This document shows, piece by piece, positions 1 to 9,734 of a stretch of 64,000 nucleotides of DNA. The notes below the pieces were generated by a model that was not told the origin of the DNA, did not search any database, and was given only the letters and a program-made list of their open reading frames with translations. The stretch is taken from contig JBBRLQ010000003.1 of NCBI GenBank assembly GCA_038231275.1, forward strand, positions 448,001 through 512,000, in the 5' to 3' direction. A program made the translations under genes and the position numbers. Position 1 is the stretch's first letter. Each line of letters opens with the position of its first letter. This stretch comes from Polyangiales bacterium (GTDB lineage Bacteria > Myxococcota_A > Polyangia > Polyangiales > Polyangiaceae).

Positions 1-1
1 C

Positions 2-391
2 GGCACCACCGACACGGTGGAGGTGACGTTCGCGTTTCGCGAAGGCGCGTTCGACGGCAAGCTCGAGACGATGCGGCCGACCGGGCACGTGAGCGACGAC
101 CCCGCCAAGTGGGGGATGCACTTCTACTGGTGGCAGGGGCCGTTCCGTTTCCAGTACCTCGTCGTCGACGTGGACGCCGAGTACCAGCAGACGGTCATCG
201 GCCGCAGCGCGCGCGACTACGTGTGGATCATGGCGCGCACGCCCACGCTCACCGACGCCGCGTGGACGCGCCTGGTCGCAGTGGTGAAGGACGCCGGCTA
301 CGACACGAGCAAGCTCCGCCGCGTCCCGCAGCGCTGGGGCGAGAAACCCGACGTCGCGTTGGGCCAGAGGGAAAGCGTCACAGCGCACTGA
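2..391 (+). CDS. Lipocalin (Blc-like), 5' end outside window
   Basis: YLVVDVDAEYQQTVIG...RDYVWIMARTP matches the lipocalin C-terminal motifs; frame is open from position 2. Confidence 0.85.
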   Translation, partial: GTTDTVEVTFAFREGAFDGKLETMRPTGHVSDDPAKWGMHFYWWQGPFRFQYLVVDVDAEYQQTVIGRSARDYVWIMARTPTLTDAAWTRLVAVVKDAGYDTSKLRRVPQRWGEKPDVALGQRESVTAH

Positions 392-447
392 CTCTCGGGA
401 GAACCCTCGTTGCAGTCTCGGAGCTTCGCCTATGCTTGGGGAGCAAC

Positions 448-936
448 GTGGTGAGGAGAGGAGGAGGCCCCGAGGATGACCCGCACCATCGCAGGTCCGG
501 CCCGCGCGCGGTTGCAGCCGCTGTCGTGGTGCTCATCGCGTCGTGCGCCTGCAATCGTCCTGATGCCGTCGAAGCGAACCGCACCCGCGCCGCCGATGCG
601 GGACTGACCCGCCCCGAGGGGCCACGTTCCGGGGCGCACGTCGCCGATGCCCAGGACGGCGCGGCCGCCACCGGCGCCACGGGTCCCGCGCTTTCGCCCA
701 TCGAGACACGTTGCAGCCGCGACGCGGAGTGCACGGCGGTCGGCTTCGAGGTGTAGGGTCCACGCGCGTGCTGCACCGCGTGTGTGACCACGGCGGTCAC
801 GACCGCCTGGGCCGCCGCTGCGCGCGCGTTCTGTTCGCCTTCACGCGTGGCGACGCTGCCGTGCCCTCCGCTCGCGTGTCCGCAGGGAAGGATGACGACG
901 CGATGCGACAGGGAGACATGCGTCCTCTCTCCGTGA
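448..936 (+). pseudogene. Cys-rich secreted/lipoprotein gene interrupted by an in-frame TAG (754-756)
   Basis: Hydrophobic AVAAAVVVLIASCAC, then CSRDAECTAVGFEV*GPRACCTAC...FC...CPPLAC...C...C; the Cys pattern continues in frame past the TAG to TGA 934-936; start uncertain. Confidence 0.65.
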
Positions 937-1027
937 AGGGGACGACCTGTGCGCACGGCACCACATTGCGTCGTCGGCGTCACGGTCCGCGCACCCTCCG
1001 ATCGCGCAACTACCTGAAAAAAGCCGC

Positions 1028-1043
1028 TGGAACGAAGCGTGCT
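1028..1043 (+). promoter_or_regulatory. Candidate sigma54 -24/-12 promoter
   Basis: TGG-aacgaagcgt-GCT has GG-N10-GC spacing, just upstream of ATG 1056. Confidence 0.45.
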
Positions 1044-1055
1044 CAAGGGGCAGGT

Positions 1056-2138
1056 ATGCGCACTTTGCTTCCCTTCGCGGTTCCACTCCTCCTCTCCCTC
1101 CCGTTCGTCGCCGGCACGCTTGCGTGCGGCAAGACGAACGACGTCCCGCCGTCGGCCGCCGTCCCCGCGCGTCCGGGCGGTCCTACGGTCGCGTCCGGCG
1201 CTCCCGATCGCACGTTCGCGATCACGACGCTCTACCTCGGCGATGTGGACCGATCGCTCCAACCGTCGACCAAGGCGTGGCGGGAGTTCGGCTTCGATCT
1301 CGACGGCCGCACGACGGGAAAGGACGGCGCGGGTGCCTGTCGCGTGGAGTTCCCTTCGGCAGACGCAGGCCTCAGCATCATCAACTTGGAGGCGTGGATG
1401 GACGGCGACCTGGGGCGCGACAACGCCTTCGGCGCCGGCGTGGTCCCGCTGATACAGGTCCTCCACAACGACGTGACGAGCGCGGTGTCCGCTCGCATCA
1501 AGGCGGGTGCGATGACGTACCTCGTGCGCGTCGCCGGCCTCGACGGCACGGAGAATCAGACCGGCATCGGGCTGTCCGGCGACATCGCCGTCGGCGCGCC
1601 CCTCGACGCGGCCCCCTCGTTCGCGCGCGACCAGACCTGGCCCGCGCGCGCCGGGACGAAGACGGTCTTCTCCGACGCCTACGTGACGGCCGGGCAGTTC
1701 GTCGGCACGTCGAGCGACGCGCTCTTGCTGCACCTCGAGCTCGGCACCGACACGACCGGGAAGACCTTCTCGGCCATCGAGCTCCAGGTCCGCCGCCCCG
1801 TCGTCTCCTTCGGCGCACCCGCCGCGGACGGCGCGCTCAAGGGCACCATCGCGGGGGTCGTTTCGCTCGCCGAGCTTCGCGCCGCCGCCGACGCATGGAC
1901 TCCGCGCGCCACGTCGTGCCAGTACCACGACGCCGAGACGCTCACGCACGGCCTCGGGGACATGCTCCTCGATCCCGCGAGCGCGAGCCCGAGCGCGGCG
2001 TGCGACGCCGTGTCGGTCGGGATCGCGTTCGACGCCGTGGAGATCGCCGCCTCCGGCGCGCCCGTGGACGCCGGTGCACCGAGCCCGGGACCCGATCCGT
2101 GCGTCGACGCGGGCACCGACTCCGCCGACGGCGGGTGA
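1056..2138 (+). CDS. Myxobacterial lipoprotein, unknown function
   Basis: Signal peptide plus lipobox (TLAC); GFDLDG..C..DG..G.DN.FG motif; DAG-rich tail. Confidence 0.8.
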   Translation: MRTLLPFAVPLLLSLPFVAGTLACGKTNDVPPSAAVPARPGGPTVASGAPDRTFAITTLYLGDVDRSLQPSTKAWREFGFDLDGRTTGKDGAGACRVEFPSADAGLSIINLEAWMDGDLGRDNAFGAGVVPLIQVLHNDVTSAVSARIKAGAMTYLVRVAGLDGTENQTGIGLSGDIAVGAPLDAAPSFARDQTWPARAGTKTVFSDAYVTAGQFVGTSSDALLLHLELGTDTTGKTFSAIELQVRRPVVSFGAPAADGALKGTIAGVVSLAELRAAADAWTPRATSCQYHDAETLTHGLGDMLLDPASASPSAACDAVSVGIAFDAVEIAASGAPVDAGAPSPGPDPCVDAGTDSADGG

Positions 2139-2202
2139 AGAGGAGCGGGGAAATCAAAGCACCGAGGTTCGCCGACCCGAACGGAACGGAGCGCGATCGC
2201 GG

Positions 2203-3105
2203 TCAACGGATCCGCGATTCGAGCTGCTCGCGAAGATGCTCGAGGACCACGCGAATGCGCGCGCGCGGACGGGCCTCGGCACGGACGAGCGCGTAGACGA
2301 CTTGGCTCTTCGGGCCCCAGCCCGACAGGGCGAGCGTCCGTAGCTGCCGCTTTTCGAGGGCTTGTCGCACGACGAAGCGGGGGAGAAGCGCGATCCCCAC
2401 GCCTGCGAGCGCGGCGTCGCGCAGGGCCAGGAGGGCGTTCGAGCGAAAGGGCCCGCGCACCTCCACGGTCGTCTTGTGCTCGCCCGACCAGAGCGTCCAC
2501 ACGCCGACGTCGGCGCCCGCGTGCAGATGAACCAGCGCGTCGTGCTCGGCGAGCTCCGCAGGTGCGTTCGGCTCGCCCCGCTTGCGCAGGTAGGACGGCG
2601 ATGCGACGACGACGCGCCTCCCCTCGCCGACTCTGTGCGCGACGAGCGTGGTCGTGTCGGGCGGCACGAGCCCCGCGCGCAAGGCCACGTCGACGCCCTC
2701 TGCGAGGAGATCGACCGGATGGTCCTCGAGACGAAGGTCGATCCGAAGCCCGGGATGGTCGTCGACGAGTCGTGCGAGCGAGACATCGAGCGGACCCGCG
2801 CCGAACGCCGTGGGCATCGACAGGGCGACCAGGCCCGTGACCGCCGGATCGCTCTCCACGGAGGCGCGCGCCTCTTCGGCGGCGGCTACCGTGCGAACGG
2901 CATGCTCGTAGAAGCGACGACCCGGCTCGGTGACCGCCAGGCGCCGCGTGGTGCGCACGAGGAGCGGAGCGCCGAGCTCCGCCTCGAGCGCCGTGATCTG
3001 CCGGCTCACCGCCGCCGGCGTCACCTCGAGCGCGCGCGCCGCCTTCGAGAGGCTCGTCGCGTCGACCACGCGCACGAACGTCGCCATGGCAGAGAGCAGA
3101 TCCAT
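2203..3105 (-). CDS. LysR family transcriptional regulator
   Basis: MDLLSAMATFVRVV..SLSKAARAL..AVSRQI..LE HTH, RTTRRL, and substrate-binding domain (EGVDVALR). Confidence 0.97.
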   Translation of the reverse strand: MDLLSAMATFVRVVDATSLSKAARALEVTPAAVSRQITALEAELGAPLLVRTTRRLAVTEPGRRFYEHAVRTVAAAEEARASVESDPAVTGLVALSMPTAFGAGPLDVSLARLVDDHPGLRIDLRLEDHPVDLLAEGVDVALRAGLVPPDTTTLVAHRVGEGRRVVVASPSYLRKRGEPNAPAELAEHDALVHLHAGADVGVWTLWSGEHKTTVEVRGPFRSNALLALRDAALAGVGIALLPRFVVRQALEKRQLRTLALSGWGPKSQVVYALVRAEARPRARIRVVLEHLREQLESRIR

Positions 3106-3202
3106 CCCCCGCGGAGCGTCGGTCACTTGTGAGTTTTTGTAAAGAGTGTCTTGCTGCTCGCGCGCCTACCGAAAGCACCTCGCGGACGGCATCTTCACCT
3201 CC

Positions 3203-3796
3203 ATGAACAACGTCACCCCGTCTTCGCGCCTCGCCCATACACTCTTGCCGGCGCTCGTCGCCGTCTTCGCCGCGGCGTGCCAATCGGCCGCGGCGGCGCC
3301 AACCCAACCCAGCACCATGTCCGGCGACACCGCCCTCACCCGCGAGCGGGCGACGGCGGCCCTCGTCGGCATCGCCGAAGGAGGCGCGGGTTGCCGCGAT
3401 TTTGCGCTCGTTTCGTCCCCCATCGCGGTCATGCACCTCGAAGATCCCAAGGCCCAGCAGACGGCCGGCCGTGCGACGTTCGCCTCGTGGGACGCGGGCG
3501 GCGAGCGCAACCTCGAGGGGGCCGCGGTGGCCACCATCGTCGGCATGCAGCCGAGCGGCGAGCTCCTCGGCAATCACCACCTCCTCTTCGCCGAAGGCAC
3601 GCTCCGCTCGCAGAACGACGTCATTGCGCTGGCGCCGACGACGGACCCCTGCGTTTTCAATGCAAAGGTAAAAATGATCTACCGCGACGGCTCGGGCGAG
3701 TTCGCCGGGTACAGTGGCGCCGGGGTGGCGGAGGCCAAGCTGAATTTCTGCGGCGCCCCCGGCCGCGCGGAGATCTACGGGCGAATCTGCAAGTGA
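3203..3796 (+). CDS. Lipoprotein, possibly dirigent/allene-oxide-cyclase-like beta barrel
   Basis: Lipobox AAAC; alternating beta strands; GSGEFAGYSG resembles the dirigent/AOC GGTGxFxGxxG motif; divergent from LysR. Confidence 0.6.
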   Translation: MNNVTPSSRLAHTLLPALVAVFAAACQSAAAAPTQPSTMSGDTALTRERATAALVGIAEGGAGCRDFALVSSPIAVMHLEDPKAQQTAGRATFASWDAGGERNLEGAAVATIVGMQPSGELLGNHHLLFAEGTLRSQNDVIALAPTTDPCVFNAKVKMIYRDGSGEFAGYSGAGVAEAKLNFCGAPGRAEIYGRICK

Positions 3797-3984
3797 CATC
3801 CCTGGAGCGCGAAGCCAGCATCATCGGCCTCCCGGGACGCCGGCAAGCGGCGCATCACAGATCGACGGGGACTTCGAGTCGGCCCGCGATCTCGGAGCAA
3901 AGCTGGCGGCGGCGCTCGAGGCGCGACTAACCGCTTCACATCCCCGATCCCCGGCGACTACCTCGTCGAAGAGGTGGGTGGAGC

Positions 3985-4251
3985 ATGAAGACGATCGATC
4001 GACGGCAGGCCCTCGGTGCGGCGCTCGGGCTGGCGGCAGGTGTGGGCGCGCTCGCGGGTTGCGACAATGGTTCGCGCACGGCGCCGGCGGCGAGCCCGTC
4101 GGTGGCGCCGCCGCCTCCCGTGACACCTCCCCTCGACCCGAAGACCAAACGCCGAGACGAGATTCGACGTCGCCGGCGTGAGCGCGTCGCCGATCGCGCC
4201 GGCGCCGCGCTGCTGTCGATCGCGCTGCAGCGCTGGCGCGTCGGTCGGTAG
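3985..4251 (+). CDS. Short Tat-type lipoprotein, probably a truncated gene
   Basis: IDRRQAL twin-arginine motif, hydrophobic stretch, LAGC lipobox, Pro-rich linker, then no recognisable domain. Confidence 0.5.
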   Translation: MKTIDRRQALGAALGLAAGVGALAGCDNGSRTAPAASPSVAPPPPVTPPLDPKTKRRDEIRRRRRERVADRAGAALLSIALQRWRVGR

Positions 4252-4276
4252 GGGCGAGCCGCGACGTTCAGCGTTG

Positions 4277-5410
4277 ATGTACCCTCGGCGCGTGCGGGCT
4301 CGCCTCACGTTCTTGGCGTTCGGCCATTCGATCCGTATCGCGCGTCGTGCGTGGCCGGCGTGGCTCCTCGCGCTCGCGCTCGTCGCGTGCGGCTGGCGCG
4401 AGCCGGCGCCTCCGCTCTGGGGGAGGGACGCCCGCTTCGGTCGCCTCGGCGGATCGGGCGCGCCGTTGACGAAGCGCGAGGCGTGCGGGGACTGGGCGAG
4501 CGCGGCGATTGCGCGCGACGGGCACGCTCGCAGGCACACCTCATTTCCCGAGACCAACACGTCGGCTGCCTGCTTCACGCCGGTCACGCACGATGGCCGT
4601 CACGTTCGCGTCGGCCAGATCCCACCGGGATGCGGCTACCCGGACGCGGCGGCCCGGCGGCGCCTGAGCGCCCTCGCCGACGAGCTCGAGCGGCTCGCGA
4701 CGAGCGACGCGCCGAGCTGGCTCGTGCCGTGCGCACTCTCGACCGGGCAACGCGGCGCCGCGCTGCGGCACAACGCAGACGTGCTACGCGCGCTCGCGAT
4801 CGCCGAGGGCGAGTATCCCTACGCTGCGGTGATCATCCCCGGACATGGTCTGGCAGAGCAGGATGAGATCGCGCTGAGCGGGCTTCTGCCCGATCGCGGT
4901 TGCGGTCCGTTCACGGAGCGGGACGTCGCGCGCTTCGGTTCCATGCCGGCGCGCAGCGCGATCGGGGCCGACGCGATTCGAGGGAGGGCGGCGCCGCTCG
5001 TGATCGCGTCGGGCGGCGCCGTCCACTCCCACGTGATCGAGGCGTTCGCGCTCATGCACCTGCTCGTGTGCCAGGAGCACGTGCCCGCAGAACGGGTCCT
5101 CGTCGAGCCGTGCGCGGAGCACACGCACACGAACCTCCGTAACAGCGCTCGTTGGCTGGCCGCGATGGGTGCGCGCGCGGCGTACCTCGTCACGGATGAC
5201 GGCCTGCAGGCCGAGTACTTTCAAGATTGGAGCGGCTTCGACCTGATCTTCGGGAGCATCGACCAACGATCGCTTCGCGACTGGGGCTACGTGATCGGCT
5301 CGTGGCGCCAGGCGTCGATCGGCAGCGCCCAGGGATTCTGGTTCACGCCCTACAGGTTCTGGGCCGAGTCGAGAGACGGCCTCGGATCGCTCACGTGCGC
5401 CGTCCCCTGA
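4277..5410 (+). CDS. YdcF/ElyC (DUF218) family lipoprotein
   Basis: VIASGG, EAFALM, VLVEPCAEHTHTNLRNS motifs; LVAC lipobox; start uncertain. Confidence 0.8.
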   Translation: MYPRRVRARLTFLAFGHSIRIARRAWPAWLLALALVACGWREPAPPLWGRDARFGRLGGSGAPLTKREACGDWASAAIARDGHARRHTSFPETNTSAACFTPVTHDGRHVRVGQIPPGCGYPDAAARRRLSALADELERLATSDAPSWLVPCALSTGQRGAALRHNADVLRALAIAEGEYPYAAVIIPGHGLAEQDEIALSGLLPDRGCGPFTERDVARFGSMPARSAIGADAIRGRAAPLVIASGGAVHSHVIEAFALMHLLVCQEHVPAERVLVEPCAEHTHTNLRNSARWLAAMGARAAYLVTDDGLQAEYFQDWSGFDLIFGSIDQRSLRDWGYVIGSWRQASIGSAQGFWFTPYRFWAESRDGLGSLTCAVP

Positions 5411-5420
5411 TCCGAGCCGC

Positions 5421-5446
5421 CGGCTTTTTCTCTCCGTGAAAAGCCG
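5421..5446. terminator. Intergenic hairpin, possible terminator
   Basis: cggctttt...aaaagccg inverted repeat just after the stop at 5410. Confidence 0.35.
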
Positions 5447-5532
5447 CGTAGATCCGGTTTTTTCTCCCATTCGCGCCGGGGCTTGCGGCAAGGTGGCCCG
5501 TGCGGCCCATCGGTCGCTCGCAAATCCGGACC

Positions 5533-6756
5533 ATGAATCGCGCACCCACGACAATCGTCGACCGCACGCACCCCTGGCGCGTCCGCCTTTGCCTTGCCTC
5601 CGCGGCGCTTCTCGCATCCGCGTCGTGCAGGCCGACGGCGACCACCCCTCGCGACGTCGACGCCGCCGCCGTCACGCTCGCGGCTTTCGACGGGGCCGCA
5701 CCGGACGCCGCTCCGATGCGCGACGGCGCGGCGCTCTACAGCGCCCTGTGCGCGACGTGCCACGCCGCCGACGGCACCGGCTACAAGGCCGACAACGCGC
5801 CCTCTCTCGTGAACCGCACGTACCTCGAGAGCGCGCCCGACGATCAGATTCGAAGGTCGATCGTCGAAGGCCGACCGGGCACGTCGATGGCCGCGTACGG
5901 CGCCGCGCGCGGCGGACCTCTGGGGCCCGACGAGATCACGCGCCTCGTCGCGTTTCTCCGCAGCCAAGGCCCGGCGTTCAAGGATACGCCGGCGCGCGGC
6001 ATCGGCGACCGCGGCAAAGGCGCGCCGCTCTACGCCGCGAACTGCGAGAAGTGCCACGGCAACGTGGGCACCCACGGAAACGCCGTACACCTGGCGAACC
6101 CCGCCTTTTTGCAGGTCTCGTCGGACGCGTTCATGGGCTACGCGATCGCGAACGGACGGCCGGGCACGCCGATGGAGGCGTGGAAAGGCAAGCTCACCGA
6201 TCCGCAAATCGACGACATCGTCGCGTTCATGCGAAACTTCGGGGTCCCGCCGCCCGCCGCGTCCCTTCCGCCGCCGACCGGGAGCGAGCCGCTGCTCGTG
6301 AATCCGCAAGGCAAGGCGCCCGCGTGGAAGCCGCGCTCCACTCCGTGCCCCGACGGCGGGCCGCCTCCTGGTACTCCGCCGTGCACGCCGGACGAGCGCT
6401 TCGTCTCGGTCGACCAACTGAAGCAAGCCCTCGACGAAAAGAGGCGCGTCATCATCGTCGACGCGCGGCCACCGTCGGACTGGATGCGCGTCCACATCAC
6501 GGGCGCGGTTTCGATTCCGTACCACGATCTGAAGCGACTGGCCGAGGTCCCCAACGACGGAACCTGGGTCGTGGCGTATTGCGCCTGCCCCCACCACCTG
6601 TCCGGCGACGTGGTCGATGCTCTCCGCAAGAGTGGCGTTCGCCACGCGGTCGTCCTCGATGAAGGCATCTTGGAGTGGCACCGGCGCGGCTACCCGGTAG
6701 TTGCCGCCGCGGGCGTAGAGCCACCGCCGAAGCAAGCGCCTGCGCCGAAGCCGTGA
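5533..6756 (+). CDS. Di-heme c-type cytochrome fused to a rhodanese domain
   Basis: CATCH and CEKCH, each followed by GRPGTxM; C-terminal IVDAR..HITGAVSIPY..VAYCAC rhodanese motifs. Confidence 0.9.
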   Translation: MNRAPTTIVDRTHPWRVRLCLASAALLASASCRPTATTPRDVDAAAVTLAAFDGAAPDAAPMRDGAALYSALCATCHAADGTGYKADNAPSLVNRTYLESAPDDQIRRSIVEGRPGTSMAAYGAARGGPLGPDEITRLVAFLRSQGPAFKDTPARGIGDRGKGAPLYAANCEKCHGNVGTHGNAVHLANPAFLQVSSDAFMGYAIANGRPGTPMEAWKGKLTDPQIDDIVAFMRNFGVPPPAASLPPPTGSEPLLVNPQGKAPAWKPRSTPCPDGGPPPGTPPCTPDERFVSVDQLKQALDEKRRVIIVDARPPSDWMRVHITGAVSIPYHDLKRLAEVPNDGTWVVAYCACPHHLSGDVVDALRKSGVRHAVVLDEGILEWHRRGYPVVAAAGVEPPPKQAPAPKP

Positions 6757-6820
6757 ACGAGGAGCCGTGGTGCTAGTGTGGAACGGTCAGCGAACCTGCC
6801 GTCAAAGGTTCCGCCGCCGA

Positions 6821-7951
6821 ATGCAGAAATTTCATCCATGCCCTGCGCTCTCGACTCTCGTGGCGCTCGCCGGCGTCGCTCTCGGCGCGTGTTCGTCCGA
6901 CAAGGCGGCCGCGCAAGGACCGCCTGACTCTGGTGACGGAGCTCCCGACGCATCGCGAGCCGACGCGCTGGACGCCGCGAGCTCCGAGCTCGACGTCTAC
7001 GCGACGGGCTTCGAGTCGAATGGGACGACCGATCTCGCAAAGTACTGGAAGAACGGCTCGCCGACGTCGCTCACGGATGGATCCAAGGGGCACGCGCCCC
7101 TCGGCAACACCGAGAGTCCGGATGCCGTCGCGTACGCCCTCGTCGTGTCCGGCACCGATGTCTACGTCGCGGGCTACGAGTTCAACGGAACGCAGTACGT
7201 CGCAATCCTCTGGAAAAATGGCATCCCGACGCCGCTCACGGATGGCTCCAATGACGCAGGAGCGACCTCGCTCGCGGTGTCCGGTGGCGACGTCTACGCG
7301 GCCGGCTACGAGTCCAACGGCACGAAATACGTGGCCAAGGTCTGGAAGAACGGAGCGCCGACGTCCCTCACGGACGGAGCTACGAATGCGACGGCGTTCT
7401 CCATTTCCGTTGCGGGGAGCGATGTCCTCATTGCGGGCTACGCGTCCAACGGCACGAAGAGCGTCGCCAAAACGTGGAAAAACGGGGTGCCGACGTCGCT
7501 CACGGACGGAACCAACAGTGCGTTGGGCCGCTCACTCGTTTTTTCCGGAGGCGACGTGTATGTCGCAGGGCACGAATCGAACGCAACGAAGACCGTCGCC
7601 AAGACCTGGAAGAACGGCGTACCGACGTTGCTCACGGATGGATCCAACGATGCCGTCGCGTACTCCGTTGCGGTCTCCGGCAGCGATGTTTATGCCGCCG
7701 GCTCGGAGCTCATTGGAACCCGGTATGTGGCGCAGACCTGGAAGAACGGTGCCGTGACGCCTCTGACGGACGGAACGCACAGCGCCACCGGTATTTCGAT
7801 CGTCGTACACCGGCCGAACGTCTATGTCGCCGGGCACGAGTATTCGGGGACCAAGCAGGTCGCGAAGGTCTGGAAAAATGGCGTTCCAACATCGCTCACC
7901 GATGGCACCAACGACGCCATCGCCCTGGGAGTGGCCGCCTACGTCCGTTAG
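6821..7951 (+). CDS. Lipoprotein with seven WKNG repeats (beta-propeller)
   Basis: LGAC lipobox; seven repeats of DVYxAGxE...AKxWKNGxPTxLTDG. Confidence 0.85.
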   Translation: MQKFHPCPALSTLVALAGVALGACSSDKAAAQGPPDSGDGAPDASRADALDAASSELDVYATGFESNGTTDLAKYWKNGSPTSLTDGSKGHAPLGNTESPDAVAYALVVSGTDVYVAGYEFNGTQYVAILWKNGIPTPLTDGSNDAGATSLAVSGGDVYAAGYESNGTKYVAKVWKNGAPTSLTDGATNATAFSISVAGSDVLIAGYASNGTKSVAKTWKNGVPTSLTDGTNSALGRSLVFSGGDVYVAGHESNATKTVAKTWKNGVPTLLTDGSNDAVAYSVAVSGSDVYAAGSELIGTRYVAQTWKNGAVTPLTDGTHSATGISIVVHRPNVYVAGHEYSGTKQVAKVWKNGVPTSLTDGTNDAIALGVAAYVR

Positions 7952-7965
7952 TCCCTCGCGGCGAT

Positions 7966-8784
7966 CTACTTGGCGCCGGGGGCCTTGCAGCCGCGGTCGA
8001 CCTCCACGCCCGCGCGGTAGTCGATGCACTGCGTGACCGATCCGTCCTCGGCGTAGAAGGTGGTGCGACCGTCGCGCCGGTCGTCGGCCCAGTGGTCTTC
8101 CTGCCGCAAGAGGCCGCTTCGGTAGAACCACCTCTGCACGCCGACGAGCTTGCCCTTCGCGTATGACTCCTCCCACTCGGGCGTGCCGTTCGCGAAGCGC
8201 GTGACGACGGCGCCTTCGAGCTTCCCGCCGACGAAGACGTGCTCGCGTCGCAGCTGACCGTCGTCGTGGTACTCACGATCGCGCTTCGCGATGCCGCGCT
8301 CGACCTCGAAGGCGTCGTGGACCGCGCCGTTCACGAAGTACGTGGTCCAGGTGCCGGTGAAATCCGGCGGGCGCGCGACGTCCACGTGAACGACGTTGCG
8401 CCGCGGCGGTTCGTAGCCGGTCGTCGTCCCGCGGCGATCGTCGCGGTAGAGATCCATCGTCCAGAAGTCGTCGAGCCGGTAATGGCGCGTGCTGCCGCCG
8501 CCTCCGCCCTCTCCGCCCGCGGACTCGGCGCCGTCGAGGATGCGCTGGGTCTCGTCGGCGGAGGCTCCGGGCAGGCCCTTCACGCGAAGGGCCCAGTACG
8601 TCTCGCCGTGATCGCCGAGGGCCTTCGGGTCCTTCACGTAGATCTTTTGCAGCGCGGCGCCGCCGACCCTTCGCGTCTCGGCATCCGCCGACGCGATCAT
8701 GCCGCGCGCTTCGACGGCGCTGGGGGCCCGCTTGCACGCGAAGAGAAACACCAGCGAGAGGAGCACGCGGCGCATGGGCATCAC
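7966..8784 (-). CDS. MORN-variant (YwqK-like) repeat lipoprotein
   Basis: LFAC lipobox; repeats GxWxxYFxNG / YHDDGQL / YRSGLL. Confidence 0.8.
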   Translation of the reverse strand: MMPMRRVLLSLVFLFACKRAPSAVEARGMIASADAETRRVGGAALQKIYVKDPKALGDHGETYWALRVKGLPGASADETQRILDGAESAGGEGGGGGSTRHYRLDDFWTMDLYRDDRRGTTTGYEPPRRNVVHVDVARPPDFTGTWTTYFVNGAVHDAFEVERGIAKRDREYHDDGQLRREHVFVGGKLEGAVVTRFANGTPEWEESYAKGKLVGVQRWFYRSGLLRQEDHWADDRRDGRTTFYAEDGSVTQCIDYRAGVEVDRGCKAPGAK

Positions 8785-8882
8785 CTTACGCCTGAGCGCG
8801 CTCTGCGCCGCGCGCCGGTCTCGTCACCTCTCGAAGATGTCGTACTTCTCGGAGGGCGATGAATCGGCTACGCCGGAGTCAT

Positions 8883-9734
8883 ATGACCCCGCGAAGTGAG
8901 GATGTCGCCGAACCCGTGCAGGGCGCCGACCATGCCGCGGCGCACCGCGCGATCCGCGTCACTGGAGTAGCCCGGGCAGTGTACGCCGCGGCGGTGGCGG
9001 GATTGGGCGTCCTGCTGCTTTCGGCGGAGCTCGTCTACGTCTGGGCGCCCGTTCCCCGGTGGGTCCCGTGGCGAGACGTGCTCGCGTACGCCTCGGGCGC
9101 GCTGATGGTGCTCTCGGCGGTTGGTCTCTCGTGGCGCAGGACGGTCGTCCCCTCGGCCGCCATCGTGACGTCCACCTTCCTGAGCTGGCTGCTGCTGCTG
9201 CAAGTGCCACGGCTCATCGCCGCGCCCTCGAAGGAAATTCTGTGGTCCGGCGGCGCTCAGCTCGCGTCGCTCGTCGCCGGCGGCTGGGTTCTCTTCGCGT
9301 CCTCGGCGAAGGCCGACGGCCCCGTGCGCTGGCTTCGTGGAGACCGTGGGCTGCGGATGGCTGGGAGGCTCTATGCAGTGGCCTTGCCGCTGTTCGGTCT
9401 CCACCACCTCATGGACGCGGCAGGGGCGGCCGACGCGGTCCCGGCGTGGCTCCCATTCCGGCTGGGTTGGGGGTACCTGACCGGCGCCGGGCACGTCGCC
9501 GCGGGCGTGGCGATCCTCGTGGGGGTCGTACCGCGCCTGGCTGCGACGCTCGAAGCGATCATGATCATGTCGTTCGTTCTGCTGATTCACGTGCCGGGGG
9601 TGATCGGCGCCGCGCGGGATCCATTGCAATGGACGATGCTCTTCGTCGCGTCCGCGATCGGCGGCGCGGCGTGGATCGTGGCCCTCAGCGTCGGCGAGAA
9701 CGCGTCGAGAGCTCGTCGACCGACGCGGCCGTGA
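8883..9734 (+). CDS. DoxX-like membrane protein with two internal repeats
   Basis: Multiple TM helices; VPxWxPW..W.YLTG motif occurs twice; start uncertain. Confidence 0.8.
   Translation: MTPRSEDVAEPVQGADHAAAHRAIRVTGVARAVYAAAVAGLGVLLLSAELVYVWAPVPRWVPWRDVLAYASGALMVLSAVGLSWRRTVVPSAAIVTSTFLSWLLLLQVPRLIAAPSKEILWSGGAQLASLVAGGWVLFASSAKADGPVRWLRGDRGLRMAGRLYAVALPLFGLHHLMDAAGAADAVPAWLPFRLGWGYLTGAGHVAAGVAILVGVVPRLAATLEAIMIMSFVLLIHVPGVIGAARDPLQWTMLFVASAIGGAAWIVALSVGENASRARRPTRP

Noticed and set aside
7000-7930. Regularly spaced DNA repeats (tggaagaacgg...ctcacgga) as a CRISPR array
   Set aside because: They are the coding repeats of the WKNG propeller, with synonymous variation
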